Shown: positions 1 to 6,998 of the stretch, piece by piece
Layout of the letters: each line of letters starts with the position of its first letter
How positions within the stretch are numbered: position 1 is the stretch's first letter
The notes under the pieces: generated by a model
The model's database searches: none
The model's input: the letters and a program-made list of their open reading frames with translations, nothing else
What the model was told of the DNA's origin: nothing
Position numbers and translations under genes: made by a program
Origin: a virus
Lineage: Duplodnaviria; Caudoviricetes
DNA length: 35,716 nt
Strand: one strand, 5' to 3'
Virus record (IMG/VR): IMGVR_UViG_3300016476_000345
Coordinates: 1-35,716 of that record

Positions 1-197
1 GCAGGACTCGGCGAGCGCGTGAATGGCGGTGCCCGCCATGGCTGCATCGCCGCTGGGCGTGGGCGGGATGTCCTTCGACAAGAGGGCGCTTGCCGGGCAG
101 GCGATCCAGCGCGAGGCGGCAGAGGGGCGTAGTTTTAAGGTCATTTAATCTCCACAGAAACAATCGACGCCACCAGCATCGTTAAACATATCACTTT
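1..197. repeat. Terminal direct repeat, copy 1 (circular assembly overlap)
   Basis: 1-197 matches 35520-35716 except at 76/35595, 163/35682 and 180/35699; contains the 5' end of the DUF2800 gene and the 3' end of the PAPS-reductase-family gene. Confidence 0.95.
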
Positions 198-927
198 GAT
201 CTGAAACAAACTTGTGCATTGAGCCATAACTAGCGCGATCTGAGCGAAAGGTTGCATTGATCGTTTGTTCTTGCGCAGCCCACCATATGGCTCGCTCAGG
301 TTTGTCTTTAATCAGCCCCATAATTTGCTCAGGACCCTTGAGGAAACACAGATCGCAGTTACCCAATGGCGTCACACCATTGCGATACACCAGTCCCAGA
401 TCAAACGGCTGGCTCTTCCAGAATGACTGAACATCAACTTGAGTAACGCCAGCGTCGTGTAGCGGCAGCAGCAGACCCCTAGCCCGCAGCTTTGAGATGC
501 GTCGCGGCTCGTCTGCGCGGACGCCAACCATTACATCCATCTCTGTCCCGGTGAATCGTTCGATGGTTTTTCCCTTAAGCTCCTCAGAGCAAAAACGCTT
601 TACTGGGTTTGGCAAATAGTTTTTCTTGCGAATCAACATTTCAAACGGCTCGCCCTGGCGACTGGCCGTCTTAAACGTTACCACCTCAAACCGCGGCTCG
701 GTCAGTCGATATTCCAGCCAAGTGATTGGCACGCTCCAATGCTCGCCGCAGTCCCTGACAAAGCGCAGCGTTGCCTCATCCTCTTTGCCCGTGTTGGCAA
801 AGCAAACATTTGCCTCTGATGGCAAACCTCCATTCGATTGCAGCACCCGCCACAGCATATAGGCGCTTGTGCGCCCGCCAGAGAAGCTGATGCAAGTCGG
901 GCTGTCAATCTTGAATGGATCACTCAT
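145..927 (-). CDS. PAPS reductase (CysH/DndC-like) family protein
   Basis: PP-loop SFSGGRTS, FANTGKE, RFCSEELK, GVRADE, C-terminal GNCDLCFLK and CFCGD cysteine motifs; stop abuts the ATG of the DUF2800 gene across the junction. Confidence 0.85.
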   Translation of the reverse strand: MSDPFKIDSPTCISFSGGRTSAYMLWRVLQSNGGLPSEANVCFANTGKEDEATLRFVRDCGEHWSVPITWLEYRLTEPRFEVVTFKTASRQGEPFEMLIRKKNYLPNPVKRFCSEELKGKTIERFTGTEMDVMVGVRADEPRRISKLRARGLLLPLHDAGVTQVDVQSFWKSQPFDLGLVYRNGVTPLGNCDLCFLKGPEQIMGLIKDKPERAIWWAAQEQTINATFRSDRASYGSMHKFVSDQSDMFNDAGGVDCFCGD

Positions 928-1121
928 GCGTCGTCTTTCAGGAATTCAATGTTCGGCATCTCCTTGCGCAGCGCGTAATACTCGACCTGCACTTTGGCGG
1001 ACCCAATCATTTTCCCGGCAAGGTTTGCCAGTTCTCCCGCCTCGCCCGGCTTGATCTCGCCAGCGCGGAGCTGGGCGAACACTTCGGACAGTTCGTGGCG
1101 CAATTCATTGACGTTTTTCAT
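924..1121 (-). CDS. Hypothetical phage protein, 65 aa, helical
   Basis: ATGA overlap with the downstream gene; phage-like composition. Confidence 0.75.
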   Translation of the reverse strand: MKNVNELRHELSEVFAQLRAGEIKPGEAGELANLAGKMIGSAKVQVEYYALRKEMPNIEFLKDDA

Positions 1122-1512
1122 TGAGTAGCCTCTTCAGTTTCATTAATTCGCGGTGGGCATCCACCAGTGCCTGGGGCAGTTCGCTGCCCTTGATGCTCAT
1201 GTGCTGCGCCATCACTCGGCGCACATACTCATCTGATAGCGTTTCGGTATTCTTTGCTCCTCTCTTCCTGCAGTACTCAAGACGGGCTGGATCTCCTCGT
1301 TGTTTTTCTCTTGTCTCCGGCTTCGTGTAGTACTTGCGCTGGCTCTCCTTGATGCGGTCTGGGTGACGTTTTGCATAGGCGCGTTTCCTCTCGGCGGCGG
1401 CTTCAGGGTTCGCCAGTTCCCATGCCCGTGACTTAGCAATGATTCGTTCGCGGTTCTTTTGATACCACTGCCGAAAATACGCCCTCTTTCTTTCTCTCTC
1501 CTCTGGCGTCAC
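1105..1512 (-). CDS. Hypothetical basic helical protein, 135 aa
   Basis: R/K/Y/W-rich helical repeats like those at the N-terminus of phage HNH proteins, but no HNH motif visible; 4-nt overlap with the upstream gene. Confidence 0.7.
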   Translation of the reverse strand: MTPEERERKRAYFRQWYQKNRERIIAKSRAWELANPEAAAERKRAYAKRHPDRIKESQRKYYTKPETREKQRGDPARLEYCRKRGAKNTETLSDEYVRRVMAQHMSIKGSELPQALVDAHRELMKLKRLLNEKRQ

Positions 1513-1730
1513 TTCTTATTCTCCTTATCCCGCTCCGCATAAGCCTCTTCGGTAAGGATGCCGTAGGCGAGTTTGCGCACCTCTGGCGTCACCGCGTGGC
1601 CCAGGTCCTCGGGGTCGAGGAGGCGCTGCAGGAGGCGGGTCTTTTGCTTGGAGGCGTGGCGCTCGTTCTCGAGGGCGGTGCCCAGGAAGACGATGTGCTC
1701 GCGCATGGTTTGTCGCTCTGAATCGTTCAT
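1509..1730 (-). CDS. Hypothetical protein, 73 aa
   Basis: Coupled overlaps at both ends; high-GC codon usage. Confidence 0.75.
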   Translation of the reverse strand: MNDSERQTMREHIVFLGTALENERHASKQKTRLLQRLLDPEDLGHAVTPEVRKLAYGILTEEAYAERDKENKK

Positions 1731-1990
1731 TTGGATGGCTTTGCTCTGCTGTAGACGGTGAATTGACGAAAGTCAGTGAGGCGCCTGGCGGTGGCCGAGT
1801 CGCTCAGGCCCGAGATGTGGGAGATGTCCTGGCCTTTCTCGCGCATACGGTCGACGACCTTGGTCTGCGCGATGGACTGCTCGGTTGTTCTCTTGAGGTC
1901 CTGAAAGATGCTGGGCCGGTCATTGAGGTACCAGATAAACGGTGAGAGCGGGTGGCATTGGCAGCCATTAGGGCGTCTGCGATGTGTCAT
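1727..1990 (-). CDS. Hypothetical protein (start re-called at MTHRRRPNGCQCHP)
   Basis: ATG at 1990 overlaps the upstream TGA (ATGA). Confidence 0.65.
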   Translation of the reverse strand: MTHRRRPNGCQCHPLSPFIWYLNDRPSIFQDLKRTTEQSIAQTKVVDRMREKGQDISHISGLSDSATARRLTDFRQFTVYSRAKPSK

Positions 1991-2595
1991 GAGTTTCTCA
2001 GCTTCAGTCGTTCCTCGAGGTCGCGTGCGAATTCTTTGGCGTCGGCCTCGCTCATGTAGCCATCGGTGCTGCTGTGAAAGCCGATCAGCTCCTCGAGGTC
2101 GTTGGGGGGCAGCCCCTGCCACTCGCGGCGCGGTGGGGTGGCAAGATGCTTCTGCCATTCCTGCACTTGTGCATCGTTGATGCTCAGGCTTCGCATCTGT
2201 GCAAAGTCTTTGATTGCGTCAGCCGCTGGCGCGGCATTGTCAGAGCTTGAAAGTACAAGGCGCTCGCGTCGAGTAGTCAGCCAACCCATGAAGTCAAACA
2301 GCGCACCCGCCACGATGGAGTGCGCCACCGGCTCCTGCACCGGCGCATAGTCCAGCCCCAACTCGCGGGCGTTCTCGGCCATGCGGTCGAGGGGGGATTG
2401 CTCCAACTGATCTTGGTAGTCCCAATCCCGGTAGTCAGGTCGCGGTGCTTGTTGCTCCGGCCACGCCAGCCGCTCTCTCAGGGCGGTGACAGCTTTAGCG
2501 TGTTCAGTCCACGCGAAAAGACTTCCGTCCGCATCAGGCAGGCACAACTCCAGCGCCTCCAGCGCCTGCTTGAGAAGGTTGCGGTCACTTTGCAT
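1987..2595 (-). CDS. Mosaic hypothetical phage protein (start re-called at MQSDRNLLK)
   Basis: Modules typical of phage early genes: LKQALEAL, RMAENARELGLDY, PVQEPVA, PRREWQGL. Confidence 0.7.
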   Translation of the reverse strand: MQSDRNLLKQALEALELCLPDADGSLFAWTEHAKAVTALRERLAWPEQQAPRPDYRDWDYQDQLEQSPLDRMAENARELGLDYAPVQEPVAHSIVAGALFDFMGWLTTRRERLVLSSSDNAAPAADAIKDFAQMRSLSINDAQVQEWQKHLATPPRREWQGLPPNDLEELIGFHSSTDGYMSEADAKEFARDLEERLKLRNS

Positions 2596-2737
2596 CTTTG
2601 TTCTCTGCGTTGTTGATAGGGATGTATTTGGTTGGCGGCAGCTTGCCATTGATGACAGCGCAACGGCCGCAACGCAGGAAGTACGCAGGCCAATCTTTCG
2701 GGGCGTTACACGTGGTGCAGTAGTCTGCTCCGGTCAT
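2585..2737 (-). CDS. Small zinc-ribbon-like protein, 50 aa (not in ORF track)
   Basis: Manual translation MTGADYCTTCNAPKDWPAYFLRCGRCAVINGKLPPTKYIPINNAENKDAK; two CxxC; ATGA overlap at 2734-2737. Confidence 0.65.
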   Translation of the reverse strand: MTGADYCTTCNAPKDWPAYFLRCGRCAVINGKLPPTKYIPINNAENKDAK

Positions 2738-2982
2738 TCCATGCTCCTTCCAATCTCAGCCGCAGCGCGGACAATCGGTTTGATCCGGCACGAATGGTGC
2801 AAGGTGGATTCTTTGCCGCTGCTGTCCCGACGGACGGTGTACTTGTAGCCGCCCAAGGCGCTCGGCCCTGCGCTCACCAACTTGAATCGCTCACCAGTAC
2901 GCATCAGGTAGAAGCTCATCCCCACAGGTAGCAGGCGCAGCGTCATCGGCCTGCGGTTCAGGGCTTTGTGGAGGTCAGTCAT
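2734..2982 (-). CDS. Hypothetical protein (start MTDLHKALNRR)
   Basis: ATGA coupling at 2979-2982. Confidence 0.65.
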   Translation of the reverse strand: MTDLHKALNRRPMTLRLLPVGMSFYLMRTGERFKLVSAGPSALGGYKYTVRRDSSGKESTLHHSCRIKPIVRAAAEIGRSME

Positions 2983-3164
2983 TTCAAACACTCCCAGTAC
3001 GTGCCGTTCCACACGGCCCTGCCATTGACTGCTGCACACTCCGCCTGGAATGTTTGTTTCGTTTGTTCCAAGCTATTGCGCAATGTTTTGGTAGACGAAG
3101 CCAGACCCCAAGAAATAAAGATGGCGATGGCTATCCCCGCTCCTACAGAAAATGCAGCCTTCAT
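2979..3164 (-). CDS. Small membrane-anchored protein (start MKAAFSVG)
   Basis: N-terminal hydrophobic helix, C-x-x-x-x-G...W-x-C tail; AGGAG RBS; ATGA coupling. Confidence 0.7.
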   Translation of the reverse strand: MKAAFSVGAGIAIAIFISWGLASSTKTLRNSLEQTKQTFQAECAAVNGRAVWNGTYWECLK

Positions 3165-3391
3165 TTCGTTTCTCCTTCTGCCTTGGCGATGGCGGCGCGG
3201 GCCCATGCTTGGTACTCGTAATCCATTGCGTTCACTGTTGCAATTTTGTTTAGCGCCTTCAGCAGTTCCTGATTCACTTCATGCAGGCGGCGCAGTTCGG
3301 CGGCGGCTTTCACGCACGTTTCCCAAGTCGGTTCGCCTTCGGGGTGCGTAATTGCATCAGCCAGCCGCAGGGCTTCGGGTTGTTCGCTCAT
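3161..3391 (-). CDS. Hypothetical phage protein, 76 aa
   Basis: MSEQPEALRLAD / AAAELRRLH / ARAAIAKAEG modules; RBS and coupling. Confidence 0.75.
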   Translation of the reverse strand: MSEQPEALRLADAITHPEGEPTWETCVKAAAELRRLHEVNQELLKALNKIATVNAMDYEYQAWARAAIAKAEGETK

Positions 3392-3642
3392 TTCGGTTCT
3401 CCTCTTGCGCGGATAGCAGCGGCTAGGTCTGTGTTGTTCTTGGCATAGGCGTCCACCAAATCAAGCACGGCCTCGCGCTCGGCTGCGGCGACAAGAGCGG
3501 CGAAGCGTTCGGCAGAGTCGTGCCAAACCTTAGTGACGATGTCGGCCATTGCTTGTTCTGCCGGGTCGTGAGCGACAGCGGCGGCATCAAAGATCGGAAG
3601 CCCAGCCTCACGCGCCATGCGGATGATGTCGTCCCGGGTCAT
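3388..3642 (-). CDS. Hypothetical protein, MTRDDIIRMAREAG paralog 2
   Basis: Shares the N-terminal 14 aa and RFAALVA with the adjacent gene. Confidence 0.8.
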   Translation of the reverse strand: MTRDDIIRMAREAGLPIFDAAAVAHDPAEQAMADIVTKVWHDSAERFAALVAAAEREAVLDLVDAYAKNNTDLAAAIRARGEPK

Positions 3643-3875
3643 GTGTTTCGCTCCTTAATCTTGTTGGCCGCAACCGCCCAGTAGTTGTGGGAAGTCTTTG
3701 CGCCTTCATGGGCCTCCAGAAACATCACCACCAACTCGTCTCGTTCACGCTGGGCGACAAGAGCGGCGAAGCGGTCAATCATGTTTCCCGTCAAGGCTTC
3801 GGGAGCGTTTGGATCACCAAACAACTTGAACATACCAGCCTCCCGCGCCATGCGGATGATGTCGTCGCGGGTCAT
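3639..3875 (-). CDS. Hypothetical protein, MTRDDIIRMAREAG paralog 1
   Basis: As above; GGAGG RBS. Confidence 0.8.
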   Translation of the reverse strand: MTRDDIIRMAREAGMFKLFGDPNAPEALTGNMIDRFAALVAQRERDELVVMFLEAHEGAKTSHNYWAVAANKIKERNT

Positions 3876-4210
3876 AGCTGCCTCCCATTGTTACTACGAT
3901 TCGCGCAAGGCCACACGTTGCTCAGGGCGGTGAGGGCCAGCGTATCGGCCGTGTGATGGCGTATCTGCGGATTGCTCGTGAGGTACTGTTTGACCACATC
4001 ATTAGCCTGCCCGGCGTTGATCCCACCGCTGCCAGATGGAGCGCAGACACGCACGCCCGTCCAGACGTCAGCAATGCCCACCACGTAGCCCAGCGCGTGC
4101 ATCTGCTCCATGTTGGAGCCGTTGATCAGATTGAGCAGTTGGTTGCCACTGTAGAACTCGGCATGAGCAGTGCCGCCGAGCAGCGCAGCGATGAAGATCA
4201 GGCGTTTCAC
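3872..4210 (-). CDS. Rap1a/Tai-like immunity family protein with signal peptide
   Basis: Signal peptide ending AHA; GNQLL, GYVVGIAD, VCAP, VVKQYLTSNPQIRH, ALSNVWPC pattern characteristic of Rap1a. Confidence 0.75.
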   Translation of the reverse strand: MKRLIFIAALLGGTAHAEFYSGNQLLNLINGSNMEQMHALGYVVGIADVWTGVRVCAPSGSGGINAGQANDVVKQYLTSNPQIRHHTADTLALTALSNVWPCANRSNNGRQL

Positions 4211-4296
4211 AGCAGCGCCTCCTCATATTCAACGGGCGCAGGCGGCTCGTTCGGTTGAATGGGTCTTACGGGGAAGGGCCAGGTTGTCAGTTTCAT
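4207..4296 (-). CDS. 29-aa Pro-rich peptide (not in ORF track)
   Basis: MKLTTWPFPVRPIQPNEPPAPVEYEEALL; ATG overlaps the upstream TGA and its TGA overlaps the Rap1a GTG. Confidence 0.6.
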   Translation of the reverse strand: MKLTTWPFPVRPIQPNEPPAPVEYEEALL

Positions 4297-4754
4297 GCTA
4301 TTTCTCTCGCTCTCTTTGCTCTGATTTCACGGCCCACGAATGCCAGGGCCTTCTCCAGCTGGCCCACGGTGCAAGCATCAAGCTGTGCGTCGTGGACCTC
4401 CATCCCTAGATTCATGGCCTGCATCTCCGGGCCAGTGAATAGGAATCTATTTTTTGCCAAGCCTCTGCGGCTCATGGTGTAGATCGCATCCTGCGCCGCG
4501 GTGATCTCGGCGCGGTACTCGTCGCCCAGCTCGGCGGTGATGGCGAGCGCCTCGGCCACGTTCATCGCCGCGATGAGGATGTCGATGTCGTCGCGGTTGC
4601 CACCGCCTTGAACCATCGAGGCCAAAGCCTGGTGGTTCTTGATCTTCAGCGTGACAGCGCTGTCGGTGTCCTGGACTCGGCGAAAGCCGCCAAGGACGTG
4701 CGAGATCGTGTCTGTTATCACGCCCTTCGGGCGGTAGCGTGAGCGTTTTCGCAT
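4293..4754 (-). CDS. Conserved hypothetical phage protein (start MRKRSRYRPKG)
   Basis: High-GC codon usage, globular helical composition. Confidence 0.75.
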   Translation of the reverse strand: MRKRSRYRPKGVITDTISHVLGGFRRVQDTDSAVTLKIKNHQALASMVQGGGNRDDIDILIAAMNVAEALAITAELGDEYRAEITAAQDAIYTMSRRGLAKNRFLFTGPEMQAMNLGMEVHDAQLDACTVGQLEKALAFVGREIRAKRAREIA

Positions 4755-4765
4755 CTTGTGGTGGA

Positions 4766-4951
4766 TCAGAATCGGCGAAAGGTCATCAGCATCAGGTAGA
4801 CGATGGCAACTGCCGCCGTCGCAGCCATCACTGCAAAGCAAAAAGCAATCAGGCGATCAAACCAGAGATTTTTACGAATCCACGACTCGGCGCCCTTGCG
4901 GGTCGGGCAGTCGCGTCCCTGGTTGCATTCTCCGTCGCAGCATTGGCGCAT
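4766..4951 (-). CDS. Small membrane protein with Cys-rich N-terminus
   Basis: CCDGECNQGRDCP followed by a C-terminal TM helix. Confidence 0.65.
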   Translation of the reverse strand: MRQCCDGECNQGRDCPTRKGAESWIRKNLWFDRLIAFCFAVMAATAAVAIVYLMLMTFRRF

Positions 4952-4967
4952 GGCTGTTCCCCTTCAG

Positions 4968-5213
4968 TTACTTGGTGGCCGCGATCAGCTCCGTCTGCAA
5001 CTCTTTGATCTGGGATCGAAGAGCCTCAATCTCGCGGTTCCAGTGAGCGCGAGCGGTGCGCTCGCCAGCGACCCATCCGGCCATCACGCCGCGAGTGGCG
5101 GCCTTCTTGATGATCTGCTCGACGTCATCGGAGGTGAGCAGCCCGATACTATTGGCGGCGGGCTTCATGTCGGCCACCACCTTGGAGATCTCGGCTTGAA
5201 GCTTGTCGTTCAT
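4968..5213 (-). CDS. Hypothetical protein with C-terminal coiled coil
   Basis: 81 aa, TGATG coupling with the upstream gene. Confidence 0.7.
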   Translation of the reverse strand: MNDKLQAEISKVVADMKPAANSIGLLTSDDVEQIIKKAATRGVMAGWVAGERTARAHWNREIEALRSQIKELQTELIAATK

Positions 5214-5392
5214 CAGATCACCCCGAAAAGGATGCAGGTAAGAACCACCACCAGGCCGATCACGCCGATGGCGACAATGACCTTGTCTTCGGTGTCCATG
5301 TCCGGATAGGGCTCGTGGATCTGGCCGCGATGGCCGGGCCCGAATGCTTCTTCCATGGTGCGGGGGTAGCGTTTGGTGGTTTGCATTTGCAT
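5213..5392 (-). CDS. First gene of leftward operon, small membrane protein (MQMQTTKRYPRTMEEAFG)
   Basis: AAGGAG directly upstream; C-terminal TM helix; the ATG at 5386 is an alternative start. Confidence 0.7.
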   Translation of the reverse strand: MQMQTTKRYPRTMEEAFGPGHRGQIHEPYPDMDTEDKVIVAIGVIGLVVVLTCILFGVI

Positions 5393-5415
5393 CTCCTTGC
5401 GTTGTTGACGATTGA

Positions 5416-5443
5416 ATCCTACAGTCATTGACGATCTTGTCAA
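5416..5443 (-). promoter_or_regulatory. Sigma70-like leftward promoter
   Basis: TTGACA (5443-5438), 16-nt spacer, TAGGAT (5421-5416). Confidence 0.65.
5428..5443. promoter_or_regulatory. Putative operator TTGAC-GATCTT-GTCAA
   Basis: Inverted repeat overlapping the leftward -35; same TGAC-N6-GTCA spacing at 5587-5602. Confidence 0.55.
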
Positions 5444-5482
5444 CTACCCTACAACTTAGTCGGGTATTGTCTCAATAGAATC

Positions 5483-5580
5483 AGCCCCGAGGGCGGTTGT
5501 CAGTTACCCGCCCTCCGGCGCGGCGTCTCCCCGCGACCGTTTCGGCTTGGGGGTGGGGCTGGCGCCTCACCCCCTTTTTT
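5483..5580 (+). ncRNA. Candidate two-hairpin small RNA with intrinsic terminator
   Basis: TAGAAT at 5476-5481; hairpin GAGGGCGG/CCGCCCTC with loop TTGTCAGTTAC; hairpin CGGCGCGG/CCGCG-A-CCG with loop CGTCTCC; terminator stem plus T6; no ORF. Confidence 0.5.
5549..5580 (+). terminator. Rho-independent terminator
   Basis: GGGGGTGGGGC-TGGC-GCCTCACCCCC followed by TTTTTT. Confidence 0.75.
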
Positions 5581-5586
5581 GCCGCG

Positions 5587-5616
5587 TTGACCTTTTCGTC
5601 ATTTCGCGCCTAGAAT
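5587..5616 (+). promoter_or_regulatory. Rightward promoter with overlapping operator; probably leaderless transcript
   Basis: TTGACC, 18-nt spacer, TAGAAT, then ATG 7 nt later with no SD; TTGAC-CTTTTC-GTCAT overlaps the -35. Confidence 0.6.
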
Positions 5617-5623
5617 TCTACGC

Positions 5624-5869
5624 ATGACGACTTACGCACAGCAAGCAATCGCAAGCATTAGGGAGAAGGCTCAGTCCGCAGGCTTTCGTCTGTCTGACGT
5701 CTGCCGCGTGGCCGAGATTGACCAGGCTCAGGTGAGCCGCTGGTCTAACGGGGCCACGGAGCCGCTATACGGGTCCGTGCGGCGCTTGGAAGAGGCAGTT
5801 GATGCGCTCATATCCGCCAGGATGAAGGCGCTCTCTGAGGCGATGGACGAGGCGGTGGGTAAGGCGTGA
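5624..5869 (+). CDS. XRE/Cro-like helix-turn-helix regulator
   Basis: LSDVCRVAEIDQAQVSRWSNGATEP HTH pattern; first gene of the divergent unit. Confidence 0.8.
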   Translation: MTTYAQQAIASIREKAQSAGFRLSDVCRVAEIDQAQVSRWSNGATEPLYGSVRRLEEAVDALISARMKALSEAMDEAVGKA

Positions 5870-6534
5870 GGGTCGAGCAGATCGGCGACGCCACGCTGTA
5901 CCTTGGCGATTGCATGGAGATCCTGCCGACGCTGGAGCGCGTTGACGCAGTGATTACTGATCCGCCGTATGGGATCAATGCTGCGCGCACAAGAAATAGC
6001 GCAAAAGATGGCTGGGTAGATTACGGATGTGATGGCTGGGACAAAGAACGCCCGAGACGGGAAATATTTGATTTGATGCGGAATTGCTCTGACCTGCAGG
6101 TCATTTGGGGTGGAAACTATTTCACAGACTACTTGCCACCTTCGCAGCAATGGTTCTCATGGGACAAAGGACAAGACGGTTTTTCTCTTGCTGATTTTGA
6201 GCTGGCATGGTCTAGCCAAGACAAAGCCTGCAGGCGAATCAACTATCCTCGCGCGCTTGCTTTAAAAGATGGAAAGCAGCATCCAACGCAAAAACCATTG
6301 GCTGTAATGCGATGGTGCATTGAACAAGTTGGAAAGCCTAAGATCATTCTCGACCCCTTTATGGGCAGCGGCACTACCGGCGTCGCGGCTATCCAGATGG
6401 GCCGCAAGTTCATCGGTATTGAGCGCGAGCCCAAGTACTTCGACATTGCCTGCAAGCGCATCGAGCAGGCCGCCGCTCAGGGCTCGCTGCTACCGCCAGA
6501 GCCTAGAAAGCCTGAGCAGGAGCCGCTGCTGTGA
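5866..6534 (+). CDS. DNA methyltransferase, N6/N4 beta class
   Basis: LYLGDC, DPPY, HPTQKP, DPFMGSGTTG, GIERE motifs. Confidence 0.92.
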   Translation: MRVEQIGDATLYLGDCMEILPTLERVDAVITDPPYGINAARTRNSAKDGWVDYGCDGWDKERPRREIFDLMRNCSDLQVIWGGNYFTDYLPPSQQWFSWDKGQDGFSLADFELAWSSQDKACRRINYPRALALKDGKQHPTQKPLAVMRWCIEQVGKPKIILDPFMGSGTTGVAAIQMGRKFIGIEREPKYFDIACKRIEQAAAQGSLLPPEPRKPEQEPLL

Positions 6535-6998
6535 GGGTCCTCGGAATCGACGTCGGCCTCAACGGCGCCATCGCTCTAGTGGAAGACGGCCAACTCCTCG
6601 AGGTCCACGATATGCCGACCGTGAGCTTGGAGCGCAACAACAAGACCAAGCGCATGGTCAATGCGCAGGCCCTGGCCCTCATCATCCGCAGGGCGAAGGC
6701 CGACGCCGCTTACCTCGAGCGGCTTAACGCCATGCCAGGGCAGGGCGTGACGTCCATGTTCAGCATGGGGCAGTCGCTGGGCGTTGTTCTTGGCGTGCTG
6801 GCAGCCTGCGAGGTGCCCACCACGACGATCCCGCCGAGGACTTGGCAGAAGGCGCTTGATGTGCCGCAGGGCAAGGATGGTTCCCGCTACCGGGCGGCGC
6901 AGCTCTTCCCAGAGAGCGCCGACCTGTTTAAGCGGGTGAAGGATGATGGCCGGTCAGATGCCGCACTGATCGCGGCTTATGGGGCGAGGCAGGGTTAG
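6531..6998 (+). CDS. RuvC-like Holliday junction resolvase
   Basis: VLGIDVG, YLE, PRTWQK, RSDAALIA. Confidence 0.85.
   Translation: MRVLGIDVGLNGAIALVEDGQLLEVHDMPTVSLERNNKTKRMVNAQALALIIRRAKADAAYLERLNAMPGQGVTSMFSMGQSLGVVLGVLAACEVPTTTIPPRTWQKALDVPQGKDGSRYRAAQLFPESADLFKRVKDDGRSDAALIAAYGARQG

Noticed and set aside
145-927. Complete phosphorothioation (dnd) or sulfate-assimilation pathway
   Set aside because: No partner genes recognised in the genome
5483-5580. tRNA
   Set aside because: No cloverleaf, no proper T-arm, no CCA; two hairpins plus terminator only
6995-6998. Convergent overlap of RuvC and ejection-gene stops without a terminator
   Set aside because: Common compact arrangement; no further signal seen
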